From positions 3,557 to 52,170 of the forward strand of contig CAZNQC010000002.1 in the NCBI GenBank assembly GCA_964574825.1: a stretch of 48,614 nt of DNA, written 5' to 3'. This document shows positions 36,682-46,941 of this stretch, one piece after another (position 1 is the first letter of the stretch; every line of letters begins with the position of its first letter). The translations under genes and the position numbers were made by a program. Below the pieces are notes generated by a model, which had not been told where the DNA came from, made no database searches, and worked only from the letters and a program-made list of their open reading frames with translations. The stretch comes from an uncultured Sphaerobacteraceae bacterium (GTDB taxonomy: Bacteria; Chloroflexota; Chloroflexia; Thermomicrobiales; UBA6265).

Positions 36682-37716
36682 ATGCCGGCTGTGATCTATT
36701 ACGAGAACGATGCAACCCTTGGCCCGCTGCAGGACAAGACGATTGCCATCATTGGGTATGGCGCCCAGGGTCACGCCCACGCGCTCAACCTGCGCGATTC
36801 GGGCCTCAGCGTCGTCGTTGGCCTGCACGAGGGCAGCAAGAGCCGCGCCAAGGCCGAAGCCGAGGGCCTGAAGGTTGCCACGGTGGCCGAGGCTGCCCAG
36901 CAGGCCGACGTCATCATGGTGCTGGTGCCCGATCACCTGCAGAAGTCGATCTACACCGAATCGATCGAGCCGTACCTGACCGACGGCAAGACCCTCATGT
37001 TTGCCCATGGTTTCTCGATCCACTTTGGGCAGATCGTGCCGCCAGACAACATCGACGTCACCATGATCGCGCCGAAGGCCCCGGGCAGCCGCGTGCGTGA
37101 ACTCTTCGAAGAAGGTGTTGGCGTGCCGGCCCTCGTCGCTGTCCATCAGGACGCGAGCGGCCACGCCAAGGAGCAGGCCCTGGCCTACGCGCGCGGCATC
37201 GGTTCGCTCAGCGCGGGCGTGCTGGAAACCACCTTCAAGGAAGAGACCGAGACCGACCTCTTTGGTGAGCAGGCCGTGCTCTGTGGCGGAGTTTCCGCCC
37301 TGATCACTGCCGGCTACGAGACGCTGGTGGAAGCCGGGTACGAGCCGGAGAGCGCCTACTTCGAATGCCTCCACGAGCTCAAGCTTATCGTCGACCTTAT
37401 TTACGAGGGCGGCCTCACGCACATGCGTGAAGTGGTTTCCGACACCGCGGAGTGGGGTGACTACTATGCCGGTCCTCAGGTCATCAATGCTGACACCAAG
37501 GTCGCGATGAAGCAGATTCTCAACCGCATTCAGGACGGCTCCTTTGCCGCCGACTGGATTGCCGAGAACGAATCCGGCCGCAAGAACTTCCTGGCCCGCC
37601 GCGAGGCCGAAACCACCCATGGTATCGAACAGGTCGGTGCCCAGCTGCGCGGCATGATGCCGTGGCTCAAGAGCGGCAAGGCTGCTCGCGACGAAGCGGC
37701 TGCCCGCCGCAGCTAG
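36682..37716 (+). CDS. ilvC: Ketol-acid reductoisomerase (class I)
   Basis: The sequence begins [41 protein letters not shown] and contains FAHGF. AGGAGG lies upstream of ATG 36682. Confidence 0.92.
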   Translation: MPAVIYYENDATLGPLQDKTIAIIGYGAQGHAHALNLRDSGLSVVVGLHEGSKSRAKAEAEGLKVATVAEAAQQADVIMVLVPDHLQKSIYTESIEPYLTDGKTLMFAHGFSIHFGQIVPPDNIDVTMIAPKAPGSRVRELFEEGVGVPALVAVHQDASGHAKEQALAYARGIGSLSAGVLETTFKEETETDLFGEQAVLCGGVSALITAGYETLVEAGYEPESAYFECLHELKLIVDLIYEGGLTHMREVVSDTAEWGDYYAGPQVINADTKVAMKQILNRIQDGSFAADWIAENESGRKNFLARREAETTHGIEQVGAQLRGMMPWLKSGKAARDEAAARRS

Positions 37717-37803
37717 GCTCCTGGTGGAGCCGGGAGCGTGTCCCAGCGGCGCTCTCCCGGCCCACCCGGGTCGATACCGCAATCACGAAAGTAGAGACAG
37801 GAC

Positions 37804-39390
37804 ATGACTGACCGGGTAAGTGACGTAGGACAGGATCCGAGCAAGCGCGTTGTCGTCTTCGACACCACGCTCCGCGATGGCGAGCAGTCGCCGGGCGCAA
37901 CCCTCACGGCCGACGAGAAGCTCGAAGTGGCCGATGCGCTTGTGGCGCTCAAGGTTGATGTCATCGAAGCCGGATTCCCTGCTGCGTCGCCGGGCGACTT
38001 CGAGGCGGTGCGGAGTATCGCCAACCGGGTCAAGGGTGTCACTGTCGCCGGTCTGGCCCGGGCCAACCAGCACGACATCGAGCGCGCTGCCCAGGCCGTG
38101 CGTGATGCCGAGAATCCCCGCATCCATACGTTCATTGCCACGTCAGACATTCACCTGGAGTACAAGCTGCGGATGTCGCGCGAGCAGGTGCTGGAGCGCG
38201 TTGCCCAGTCTGTCGCCTTGGCCCGCAACCTGGTTGCCGACGTCGAGTTCTCCTGTGAGGATGCGACCCGCTCCGATCCTGACTACCTGGTGCAGGTCTT
38301 TGGCACCGCCATCAAGGCCGGCGCGACCACGCTGAACGTGCCAGACACCGTCGGGTATACGACACCAGCCGAGTTCATTGCCCTCATCCAGCATCTGAAG
38401 AACAACGTTGAAGGCATTGAGGATTGCATCATTTCGGTCCATTGCCACGATGATCTGGGGATGGGCACCGCCAATACGCTGGCAGCGGTTGGTGCTGGTG
38501 CACGTCAGGTCGAAGTCACCATGAACGGTATTGGTGAGCGGGCCGGCAATACCTCGCTGGAAGAGGTCGTGATGGGCCTGGCCACGCGTGGTGAGCAATT
38601 CGGCGGCGCCTGGACGCGGGTTGAAACGCAGCGACTGGTGCCGACCAGCCGCCTGGTCTCCTCCCTGACTGGAGTGGCAGTTCAGGTCAACAAGGCCATC
38701 GTTGGCGCGAATGCCTTCGCCCACGAAGCCGGGATTCACCAGGACGGCATGCTCAAGAATCGCCAGACCTACGAGATCATGACGCCGGAGGATGTTGGCT
38801 GGGAGGGCACCAAGCTCGTCCTCGGCAAGCATTCCGGGCGGGCCGGGTTCCGCAATGCCCTGAAGGACCTCGGGCTGAAGGTCGAAGACGATCGCGTCGA
38901 CGCCGTGTACCAGCGGTTCCTGGAACTGGCTGACCGCAAGAAGAACGTGACGGGCGCCGACATCACAGCCCTCGTCAACGACGAACTTGCCGTGGAGTCA
39001 GCCGCACTCCATCTGGTGCGCTGGAATGCCAACATCGGCAGCGGCGGGGCCGCAACCGCCAGTGTGGTGATCGAGCGGGATGGCCAGGAGTTCTCGGGCG
39101 ATGCTGAGGGGAACGGTCCGGTCAACGCGCTGTTCACGGCCATTGACTCCGTGATGCGGGCCGAGAACGAGTTGACCTACTACCACGTCGAAGCGGTGAC
39201 CCCGGGTGAGGATGCCCAGGGCCAGGTGCACGTTCGCATCCGCATCGACGGCGACATCTACACCGGCCATGGGTTGGCGACGGACATCGTCGAGGCGAGC
39301 GCGCGGGCCTACCTTGCCGCCCTGAGCCAGTACGTTCAGGCGCGGCCAGATACCGTGCTGATGGGCTCGTCAACCTCACGCTGGAGCTAA
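37804..39390 (+). CDS. leuA: 2-isopropylmalate synthase
   Basis: 528 aa. It has VFDTTLRDGEQSPG, HCHDDLGMGTANTLAAV and a C-terminal LeuA dimerisation/regulatory domain. Confidence 0.92.
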   Translation: MTDRVSDVGQDPSKRVVVFDTTLRDGEQSPGATLTADEKLEVADALVALKVDVIEAGFPAASPGDFEAVRSIANRVKGVTVAGLARANQHDIERAAQAVRDAENPRIHTFIATSDIHLEYKLRMSREQVLERVAQSVALARNLVADVEFSCEDATRSDPDYLVQVFGTAIKAGATTLNVPDTVGYTTPAEFIALIQHLKNNVEGIEDCIISVHCHDDLGMGTANTLAAVGAGARQVEVTMNGIGERAGNTSLEEVVMGLATRGEQFGGAWTRVETQRLVPTSRLVSSLTGVAVQVNKAIVGANAFAHEAGIHQDGMLKNRQTYEIMTPEDVGWEGTKLVLGKHSGRAGFRNALKDLGLKVEDDRVDAVYQRFLELADRKKNVTGADITALVNDELAVESAALHLVRWNANIGSGGAATASVVIERDGQEFSGDAEGNGPVNALFTAIDSVMRAENELTYYHVEAVTPGEDAQGQVHVRIRIDGDIYTGHGLATDIVEASARAYLAALSQYVQARPDTVLMGSSTSRWS

Positions 39391-39395
39391 CCCCA

Positions 39396-40145
39396 ATGAG
39401 CACACCAATAGTTTCAGGGGGCGTCCGCAAGGACGTCCTCTGGCAGGACGTGGAAACGGTTCGGGGATATGAGCGTTCCCGACCTGCGGTGCCGTTCGAG
39501 CAAACGGAGTTCGATATCGTCTGCCAGGTATTGCGCGCGCTCGACGTGACGCCAACGCGCATGCTCGATCTGGGGGCCGGCAATGGTCTGGCGACGTCGA
39601 GCATGATGGCAAGGATGCCGGTCGAGACCGCTGTGCTGGTGGACTTTTCGCCACCAATGCTGGAAGCGGCCGAACTCGCGCTGGCTGGTTCGGGTATCGA
39701 CACCACCGTGATCATGGGTGACCTCTACGATCCCCAGTGGGTGACCGGACTTCCGCAACCGCGTGAGTACGATCTGGTGATTTCGCGCCATGCCATCCAC
39801 CACCTGCCGGACGAACGCAAGTTTGCCTTGTATGCCGAGATCTTCGAGCTCCTGCGGCCGGGTGGGGTGTTCGTGAACATCGAGCACGTTAAGTCACGTG
39901 CACTGCCGTACCAGCAGGCATTTGACCAGGTCATGATCGAATCGATCCATGCCCTCGCACCCGCCGGTCAGTCAATGGATGAGGTCACGGCGGCCTATCA
40001 CACGCGTATGGATGGCGAGCTCAACATCCTGGCCGATGTCTGGGAACAGGCGCAGTGGCTCGAGCGCATTGGCTACGCAAATGTGGACATACCGTTCAAG
40101 GCACTGGAATTGGCGGTATTCTGCGGTCAGCGCCGCCAGGGATAA
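39396..40145 (+). CDS. Class I SAM-dependent methyltransferase embedded in the leu operon
   Basis: 249 aa. It has the SAM motif I LDLGAGNG, the post-I acidic VLVDFS, and motif LLRPGGVFV. It starts 5 nt after the leuA stop, and leuC follows about 60 nt downstream. Confidence 0.75.
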   Translation: MSTPIVSGGVRKDVLWQDVETVRGYERSRPAVPFEQTEFDIVCQVLRALDVTPTRMLDLGAGNGLATSSMMARMPVETAVLVDFSPPMLEAAELALAGSGIDTTVIMGDLYDPQWVTGLPQPREYDLVISRHAIHHLPDERKFALYAEIFELLRPGGVFVNIEHVKSRALPYQQAFDQVMIESIHALAPAGQSMDEVTAAYHTRMDGELNILADVWEQAQWLERIGYANVDIPFKALELAVFCGQRRQG

Positions 40146-40206
40146 TGTCGGATCGATGGTCGAGTATCCCGTTGACCATCCAGCACACATGACGGAGGAA
40201 CCTCAC

Positions 40207-41610
40207 GTGTCATCTCCAAAGACGCTCTCGGACAAGGTATGGGAGGAGCACGTCGTTCGCTCCGCGCCCGACGAACCTGACCTGCTCTATATCGACCTGC
40301 ACCTTGTCCATGAGGTGACCTCGCCGCAGGCCTTCGACGGGCTTCGTCTGGCCGGTCGACCGGTGCGCCGTCCGGACCTGACGATCGCCACCGCCGATCA
40401 CAATGTCCCGACGATCAACATCAACCAGCCGATCGCCGATCCAATTTCGGCGACGCAGGTGCGGAAGCTCTCCGAGAACTGCCGGGAGTTCGGCGTGCGG
40501 CTTCATCCCATGGGTGACCCGGGCCAGGGGATCGTGCATGTGATCGGTCCCGAGTTCGGACTCTCCCAGCCAGGGTCGACCATCGTCTGCGGAGACAGTC
40601 ACACGTCTACCCATGGTGCCTTCGGGGCCCTGGCCTTTGGCATCGGCACGAGCGAGGTGGAGCACGTTCTCGCCACCCAGACGCTGCCGCAGAACAAGCC
40701 CAACACGATGGCCATCACCGTGGACGGCGAGTTGCGCCCGGGGGTGACCGCCAAGGATGTGATTCTCGCCATCATTGGCAAGATTGGCACGGGCGGCGGC
40801 CAGGGCAACATCGTCGAATATCGCGGCTCGGTCATTCGAGATCTCTCGATGGAGGGCCGGATGACGATCTGCAACATGTCCATCGAGGGTGGCGCCAAAG
40901 CCGGCATGATCGCGCCCGATGACAAGACCTTCGCCTACATCGAGGGCAAGGAGTTCGCGCCGAAAGGCAAGGATTGGGAAGCGGCGCTGGATTACTGGCG
41001 ATCGCTGCCCACCGACGACGGTGCCGAGTTCGATCACGAAGTCATTCTCGACGGAAACACACTCTCGCCATTCGTCTCCTGGGGAACCAACCCCGGCCAG
41101 GTGATCTCGATCGATGCCGCCGTGCCCGATCCCGACCAGTTTGCCAACCCCAACGAACGCGAAGCAGCCGCCCGGGCACTGAAGTACATGAACCTGCAGG
41201 CTGGCACGCCCATGCGCGAGATCGCGGTGGACACCGTCTTCATCGGGTCCTGCACCAACAGCCGGATCGAGGATTTGCGATCCGCCGCCAGCATCCTGGC
41301 GGGGCGACACATCGCCAGCGGTATGCGCGGAATGGTGGTGCCCGGCTCAATGCGGGTGAAGGCTCAGGCGGAGCAGGAAGGACTCGACCGGATCTTCGCC
41401 GATGCTGGATTCGAGTGGCGGGCCGCCGGTTGCTCGATGTGTCTGGGGATGAACCCGGACCAACTCAGCCCGGGCGAACGCTGTGCCAGCACCAGCAATC
41501 GCAACTTCGAAGGTCGCCAGGGCAAGGGTGGTCGCACCCACCTGGTGTCGCCGCAGGTGGCAGCCGCAACGGCCGTGATGGGCACCTTCGCCACGCCAGC
41601 CGACCTGTAA
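40207..41610 (+). CDS. leuC: 3-isopropylmalate dehydratase large subunit
   Basis: [22 protein letters not shown], the Fe-S cysteines ([21 protein letters not shown]) and NRNFEGRQG are present. I chose GTG 40207, which has GGAGGA 7 nt upstream. ATGs at 40189 and 40156 are in-frame alternatives. Confidence 0.88.
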   Translation: MSSPKTLSDKVWEEHVVRSAPDEPDLLYIDLHLVHEVTSPQAFDGLRLAGRPVRRPDLTIATADHNVPTININQPIADPISATQVRKLSENCREFGVRLHPMGDPGQGIVHVIGPEFGLSQPGSTIVCGDSHTSTHGAFGALAFGIGTSEVEHVLATQTLPQNKPNTMAITVDGELRPGVTAKDVILAIIGKIGTGGGQGNIVEYRGSVIRDLSMEGRMTICNMSIEGGAKAGMIAPDDKTFAYIEGKEFAPKGKDWEAALDYWRSLPTDDGAEFDHEVILDGNTLSPFVSWGTNPGQVISIDAAVPDPDQFANPNEREAAARALKYMNLQAGTPMREIAVDTVFIGSCTNSRIEDLRSAASILAGRHIASGMRGMVVPGSMRVKAQAEQEGLDRIFADAGFEWRAAGCSMCLGMNPDQLSPGERCASTSNRNFEGRQGKGGRTHLVSPQVAAATAVMGTFATPADL

Positions 41611-41627
41611 GCGAGAGGATTCCGGAC

Positions 41628-42245
41628 ATGGAGCCAGTCAAGAAGATCGAGGGGCGAGCGGTCCCCCTCGAACGCAGCGATGTCGATACCGATCAGATCA
41701 TCCCCGCTGTCTACCTCAAGCGTGTGGAGCGCACAGGGTTTGGCGAAGGACTATTTGCTGCCTGGCGCGAAAGCGACCCGAACTTCGTGCTCAACCGGCC
41801 CGAGTTCGAGGGTGGCTCGGTGCTGGTGGCGGGACCCAACTTTGGAACGGGCTCGTCGCGAGAGCACGCGGTCTGGGCGCTCGTCGACTACGGGTTCAAG
41901 GCAGTCATTTCGCCGAAATTCGGCGACATTTTCCGCAACAACGCCACCAAGGCCGGGCTTGTGCCGGTGCTCGTGCCGGAGGACTTTGGCGCCGAGTTGC
42001 TGGAAGCGGCCGCCGAAGTGCCGTTCCTTGAGATCATCGTCGATGTCGAAAAGCGCACCATCTCTGCGCCCGCCGTCGGTCTGGAAACCACGTTCCCTCT
42101 CGATGATTTCACGCAGCACCGCCTGCTCAACGGACTCGACGACATTGGCCTGACTCTGACGCACGAGGAGGACATCACGGTCTTCGAATCCGAGCGTCCA
42201 GCCTGGAAACCCCAAGTCAACCATCCGGCACCAATATCCGTGTAG
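41628..42245 (+). CDS. leuD: 3-isopropylmalate dehydratase small subunit
   Basis: 205 aa. The sequence contains [19 protein letters not shown]...[17 protein letters not shown], a LeuD signature. The track ORF start at 40974 lies inside leuC. Confidence 0.9.
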   Translation: MEPVKKIEGRAVPLERSDVDTDQIIPAVYLKRVERTGFGEGLFAAWRESDPNFVLNRPEFEGGSVLVAGPNFGTGSSREHAVWALVDYGFKAVISPKFGDIFRNNATKAGLVPVLVPEDFGAELLEAAAEVPFLEIIVDVEKRTISAPAVGLETTFPLDDFTQHRLLNGLDDIGLTLTHEEDITVFESERPAWKPQVNHPAPISV

Positions 42246-42330
42246 AAGCCGCATCATCGTAGGGGCCGACCTCGTGTCGGCCCGGTCCTGACCAGCCCGC
42301 AACCATGCCATTGAGGAGAATTTCCCGATC

Positions 42331-43434
42331 ATGACTGATCAGCAGACACCTGTTTCCGCCACGATTGCCGTTTTTGCCGGGGACGGTGTCGGTCCCGACG
42401 TGGTGGCTGAGGCGCGCAAGGTCCTCGATGCCGTGGCGGCGCGATCTGGTCACAGCTTCACCTACGAGGACCTGCTGATTGGTGGCTGTGCCATCGACGC
42501 CTACGGAACTGCGTTGCGCGACGAGGACGTCGAGGTAGCTCGCGCAGCCGATGCCGTGCTGCTCGGCGCCGTCGGTGGCCCCAGGTGGGACAACCCCACC
42601 GCCACCGTTCGCCCCGAGCAGGGCCTGCTGAAGATTCGCAAGTCGTTGGGGCTCTATGCAAACCTGCGGCCGGTCAAGGTGATGGATGCCTTGCTCGACG
42701 CCACGCCGATCAAGCCGACGGTCCTGGCCGGCACCGACCTGCTCGTGGTCCGTGAACTTACCGGAGGTCTCTATTTCGGATGGCCATCGAAGCAGTGGCG
42801 TGAACGGCGGGGCAGGATTGCCGTCGATACGCTGATCTATCGCGAGCATGAGATCGAACGGATTGTTCGCCTGGCATTCGACCTGGCCCGTGGCCGCCAG
42901 GGCAAGGTCACAAGCGTCGACAAGGCCAACGTGCTGTCATCCTCCCGCCTGTGGCGAGCGGTCGTCAATGAAGTCGCGCAGGACTATCCGGATGTGGTGT
43001 TGGAGCACATGCTGGTCGACGCGATGACGATGAAACTCATTCAGTCGCCGGCCAACTATGATGTGATCGTGACCGAGAACATGTTCGGCGACATCCTGAC
43101 CGACGAAGCCTCCGTGCTGGGGGGCTCGATTGGCGTGCTGCCTTCCGCCAGCCTCGGTGCTCCCGCGGCCAACGGCAAGCGACCTGGCCTCTACGAACCG
43201 ATCCATGGCAGTGCGCCGGACATTGCTGGTCAGGGCAAGGCCAATCCGGTTGGCATGATTCTGTCGGCGGCGATGATGCTTCGAACCTCCCTGGGGCTGG
43301 AGGCTGAAGCTGCGGCCGTGGAAGAGGCAACCCTGGCCACGATCGCGGCTGGAACCACGACTCCGGATCTGCTCGGTGGAAAGGCGACAACCTCGTCATT
43401 CGGCGATGCTGTGGCCGCCGCCATCGGCAACTGA
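42331..43434 (+). CDS. leuB: 3-isopropylmalate dehydrogenase
   Basis: 367 aa. [17 protein letters not shown], the [12 protein letters not shown] motif and [14 protein letters not shown] are present. GAGGAG lies upstream. Confidence 0.92.
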   Translation: MTDQQTPVSATIAVFAGDGVGPDVVAEARKVLDAVAARSGHSFTYEDLLIGGCAIDAYGTALRDEDVEVARAADAVLLGAVGGPRWDNPTATVRPEQGLLKIRKSLGLYANLRPVKVMDALLDATPIKPTVLAGTDLLVVRELTGGLYFGWPSKQWRERRGRIAVDTLIYREHEIERIVRLAFDLARGRQGKVTSVDKANVLSSSRLWRAVVNEVAQDYPDVVLEHMLVDAMTMKLIQSPANYDVIVTENMFGDILTDEASVLGGSIGVLPSASLGAPAANGKRPGLYEPIHGSAPDIAGQGKANPVGMILSAAMMLRTSLGLEAEAAAVEEATLATIAAGTTTPDLLGGKATTSSFGDAVAAAIGN

Positions 43435-43461
43435 GCCACCACTAACAAAACATAACGCATT

Positions 43462-43501
43462 GGCGATCGCCTCGGAGACTCTCCTGAGGCGATCGCCTTT
43501 T
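43462..43501. terminator. Intrinsic terminator after leuB, shared with the convergent gene
   Basis: A 12-bp stem ggcgatcgcctc/gaggcgatcgcc followed by TTTT on the plus strand, located between convergent stops (43434 + and 43540 -). Confidence 0.75.
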
Positions 43502-43539
43502 CCTGCACGCGGGATCTTTCGAGGTTGGCCGATGCCCGG

Positions 43540-44181
43540 TCAGATGTGCTCGGCACCCGGACTCGGCCGCGTCGGGATGTCACCGGTGGCGCGGGTGGTT
43601 CCCAATGGGAACGAATGGGCAAGTTCGAACGGCGGAAACGCTTCTCTGGTATCGAGCAGCACCACATCCACATGACGAGCGATGAACGATCCCAAAAGCT
43701 GGTCCCGCCATTCCGCCAGCACACCCGGCAGGTTGCCAATCGGCGCCACCCGGTCGTAGTGGGCAATGGTCAGGTGCGGCACATAGGCATAGCGGGTGCT
43801 TGGCGGCACGGTCGAAAAGTCCATCAACCGGCGGTGAATGCGTGAGAGCCAGCCATTGTCGTGCACATCGAGGAACGTGGCATCGGCAAACGAGTTCACT
43901 GGTCCAAGCTCGATTGAAAACTCCGGAAAATCGAGCAGCGGCCGTTCTGCGAGCGCAATGAACTCCTCGAGTTGCGTCTGCGACAACTCATCCCTGCTGA
44001 CTGGATCTTCGACCAGATAGCCTATTTCCTGGAGAGGAATGTGCAGGAATGAGTCCGGGTGCAGGCGCACGAAGGGAAATTGCGTCAAGGCTGCTCGGAG
44101 CTCGTCCAGGGCCGGCCCAAAGGCGTCAGGCGGAACGCGCAGACAACAAAGGGCGAACCGCCCCTGATGTGCATGCCACAT
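43540..44181 (-). CDS. 2H-phosphoesterase (2'-5' RNA ligase/LigT-like) superfamily protein, tentative
   Basis: There are two half-sites: LHIPLQEIG and VPHLTIAHY (HxT/S-type, with the first degenerate as HIPL). The start is uncertain. ATG 44181 gives 213 aa and GTG 44343 gives 267 aa. The full track ORF would overlap greA by 95 nt. Confidence 0.45.
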   Translation of the reverse strand: MWHAHQGRFALCCLRVPPDAFGPALDELRAALTQFPFVRLHPDSFLHIPLQEIGYLVEDPVSRDELSQTQLEEFIALAERPLLDFPEFSIELGPVNSFADATFLDVHDNGWLSRIHRRLMDFSTVPPSTRYAYVPHLTIAHYDRVAPIGNLPGVLAEWRDQLLGSFIARHVDVVLLDTREAFPPFELAHSFPLGTTRATGDIPTRPSPGAEHI

Positions 44182-44365
44182 TTCGCCGTCGTGACGCCCA
44201 TCGTTGGTTTCCGAGATGGTTCGCAGGTTTTGCCAGATTCGGCGGTATGACTCTTCCTGATTGGCAACAGGATCCGGCAGCCACCAAAGCGGATGTCGAA
44301 CGCTCCGGCCGACAACATCCAGTTGCTCTTTGCCGGGCAACACCCGTCTGGTGGCCTGACGGAGC

Positions 44366-44836
44366 CTATCCAACGGCTTTGATCGTGACGGTGGTGGACC
44401 CACCTGGTGTCTCGACCACCGCTCGATCGCCGGCGCGTTTGCCGCGCAACGCCTTGCCAATCGGTGACTCGGTCGAAATCAGGTTCTGGGTTGGCTTGGC
44501 TTCGATGGCACCGACCAGGGTGTAGACCTCTTCGTCGCCGTCGAAGTCGACGGTCACCTTGCTGCCGACGCCAATCACACCCGTTTTCGCGCCCTGGTCC
44601 TCTTCGAGGATCTCGGCGTTGCGGAGCATGCCCTCGAGGTCAGCGATGCGCTTTTCGATCATCGCCTGATCCTGCCGGGCTGCGTCGTAGGCGGCGTTCT
44701 CCCGCAGGTCGCCGTGCGAACGAGCCTCTGCCACCGCCGCCACAATCTCTGGCCGTTTCACCTCGGTCAGTTCGCGGAGCTCTTCGGTGAGCCGGGCATG
44801 TCCTTCCCGGGTAACGGGTACTGGCTTCCTGTCCAT
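44366..44836 (-). CDS. greA: Transcription elongation factor GreA
   Basis: 156 aa. The coiled-coil N-terminus with SHGDLRENAAYDAARQDQAMIEKRIADLE and a C-terminal FKBP-like domain are present. AAGGA lies upstream. Confidence 0.92.
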   Translation of the reverse strand: MDRKPVPVTREGHARLTEELRELTEVKRPEIVAAVAEARSHGDLRENAAYDAARQDQAMIEKRIADLEGMLRNAEILEEDQGAKTGVIGVGSKVTVDFDGDEEVYTLVGAIEAKPTQNLISTESPIGKALRGKRAGDRAVVETPGGSTTVTIKAVG

Positions 44837-44968
44837 GTCTGTCGTCCTTTGATCGGTGCGTTGCCGCCGTGGGAGGCAATCAGTCGACCTTGCAGATCAG
44901 TTGCACGTTCCAGCCGTGAAACCGCTGTCGTTCGAAACAGAGCGACCCGATCTGGGCCGCTGTGGCGC

Positions 44969-45418
44969 CTATTCCACCACAAACGCCGCTTCGATCTCCA
45001 CACTGATCGAATTGGGCAGCGAGGCAAAGCCTACCGCCGAACGCGTGTGGCGTCCCGCGTCACCCAGCACTTCGACCAGGAGGTCCGAGCAGCCGTTGAT
45101 CACCTGCGGGTGTCGTTCGAAGCCTGGGTCACTGTTAACCATGCCCAGGACCTTGATCGTGCCGGTGATGCGATCGAGCGATCCCAGGGCCGCCCGGGCC
45201 GTTGCCAGAATCTGCAGGCCAACCGATCGGGCCACCTGGTAGGCATCCTCCACACTGACGTCGGAATCGACCTTCCCGGTCGGAAGGTCCTTGGCAGGAC
45301 CGGTTCCGGCAATCCAGAGTTGGTTTCCCACCAGTTGATAGCGCACATAGTTGGCGGCCGGAGCCACGGGCTCTGGTAGCTCGATACCGAGTTCGGCCAA
45401 TCGTTGTTCAGCAGACAT
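44969..45418 (-). CDS. RidA/YjgF/UK114-family protein
   Basis: 149 aa from ATG 45418, with GAGGAA upstream. The protein is the size of a YjgF fold, and its C-terminal ARSAVGFASLPNSISVEIEAAFVV is typical of the family. Confidence 0.75.
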   Translation of the reverse strand: MSAEQRLAELGIELPEPVAPAANYVRYQLVGNQLWIAGTGPAKDLPTGKVDSDVSVEDAYQVARSVGLQILATARAALGSLDRITGTIKVLGMVNSDPGFERHPQVINGCSDLLVEVLGDAGRHTRSAVGFASLPNSISVEIEAAFVVE

Positions 45419-45463
45419 TGCGTTTCCTCTATTCATTCCGTCAGGAAGCGACGAAAGCGCCGG

Positions 45464-46657
45464 CTATCGATTCCCAAACAGCGTGCCCAGCCGCTCGATC
45501 GTTCGATTCAGTTCGTCATCGCTGGTCGCAAACGACAGCCGGAAGTGCCCTTCACCGGAGTCGCCGAAGGCGACGCCTGGCACCACCCCGACATGAACCT
45601 CCTTGAGGATGCGATCGGCAAGTCTCACCGAATTCCCGTCGATCTCGCGGGCATCGACGAACGAGTAGAAGGCGCCCTCGACCAGGTTCGTCTTCAGGCC
45701 CTGGATGCTGTTGATGCCGTCCGTCACCAGGTGCCGGCGCCGGTCCCAGGCCGAGACCATTTCGCGAATCATGTCCTGCGGGCCATTCAGGGCCGCTGTT
45801 CCGCCTGCCTGGGCGAAGGACGTGGCGCAGGTGGTCGCATGGCTGTTCACCACGGCCATCTGGGAGATGAACGCTTTCGGTCCAGCCACGTAGCCAAGCC
45901 GCCAGCCGGTCATCGCGTAGGCCTTGGAGAGTCCGTTGAAGGTGAGCGTGCGTTCAACCATTCCCGGGAAGGTCGCCAGGCTGAGGTGTTCGCGACCGTC
46001 GTAGACGATCTTCTCGTACATCTCGTCGGTCCACACCATCAGGTCATGTTCGTTGGCGAAGGAGGCGATTGCTTCGGCCTCCTCCCGGGTCATGACGCGG
46101 CCGGTCGGATTGTTCGGCGAATTGAGCAGGATCACCCGGGTGTTGGGTGTTACGTGGGCGTCGAGTATCTCGCGGGTGATCCGGAAGTTGTCGTTGGGGT
46201 CGAGTCCGACGCGCACGGCCGTGCCGCCCGCCATTTCCACGATCGGCACATACGACACCCAGGCCGGTTCCAGCACCATCACGTCCACACCTGGCTCGAC
46301 AAATGCCTGCGACGCCAGGAACAGGGCAAACTTGCCGCCTGGCGTGACCAGGATTTCGCCATTGTGATGGGCAACGATCCGGTTGTCCTGCTGCAGCTTG
46401 TTGGAGATGGCCTTGCGGAACTCTGGCGTTCCGGCCCCCCCCACATAGTGCGTATCTCCCCCGTTCATGGACGCAATCGCGGCGTCGCGGATGTGTTGTG
46501 GGGTAATGAAATCAGGATCGCCGCCGCCAAGGTCGATGACGTCGACACCCTCGGCCCGCAACGCACGGGCCGCTTCGGATACCGCGATGGTGGGAGAGGG
46601 CTTTGCATCGCGCACCCGCGTGGCGAAAAAGTCCTGGCTCGATCTCGGCGTGGTCAC
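45464..46657 (-). CDS. Class I PLP aminotransferase (aspartate/aromatic aminotransferase-like)
   Basis: KPSPTIAVSEAARALRAEGVDVIDLGGGDPDF, NSPNNPTG and LSKAYAMTGWRLGY (PLP lysine) are present. I chose GTG 46657, which has AAAGGA 7 nt upstream. The track start at 46720 is less likely. Confidence 0.82.
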   Translation of the reverse strand: MTTPRSSQDFFATRVRDAKPSPTIAVSEAARALRAEGVDVIDLGGGDPDFITPQHIRDAAIASMNGGDTHYVGGAGTPEFRKAISNKLQQDNRIVAHHNGEILVTPGGKFALFLASQAFVEPGVDVMVLEPAWVSYVPIVEMAGGTAVRVGLDPNDNFRITREILDAHVTPNTRVILLNSPNNPTGRVMTREEAEAIASFANEHDLMVWTDEMYEKIVYDGREHLSLATFPGMVERTLTFNGLSKAYAMTGWRLGYVAGPKAFISQMAVVNSHATTCATSFAQAGGTAALNGPQDMIREMVSAWDRRRHLVTDGINSIQGLKTNLVEGAFYSFVDAREIDGNSVRLADRILKEVHVGVVPGVAFGDSGEGHFRLSFATSDDELNRTIERLGTLFGNR

Positions 46658-46941
46658 CAGTCTGTCCTTTCGGAACCGTGAGGTACTGGAATACCCGGCA
46701 GGTCCGGGCCAAATCCGCAAACTGCAGGCATTTTATCCGGTTTTCCCGCCAGCGGTGCCGGCATCGGGCAGGTCGGGAACCAAATTCCGATAAAGTGCGT
46801 TGAAATTGAAGACGAGTTGGCATCGGTTCAGGGCACGCGCCCGCAATCGTTCACGGTCGTCAGGTCGAACTCCGTGGTACGGTGGCGCAAGTCCAGGCGT
46901 GCGGAGTCTGAGGAGAGTTGCACATGGGAGGGGTCCCTGAT

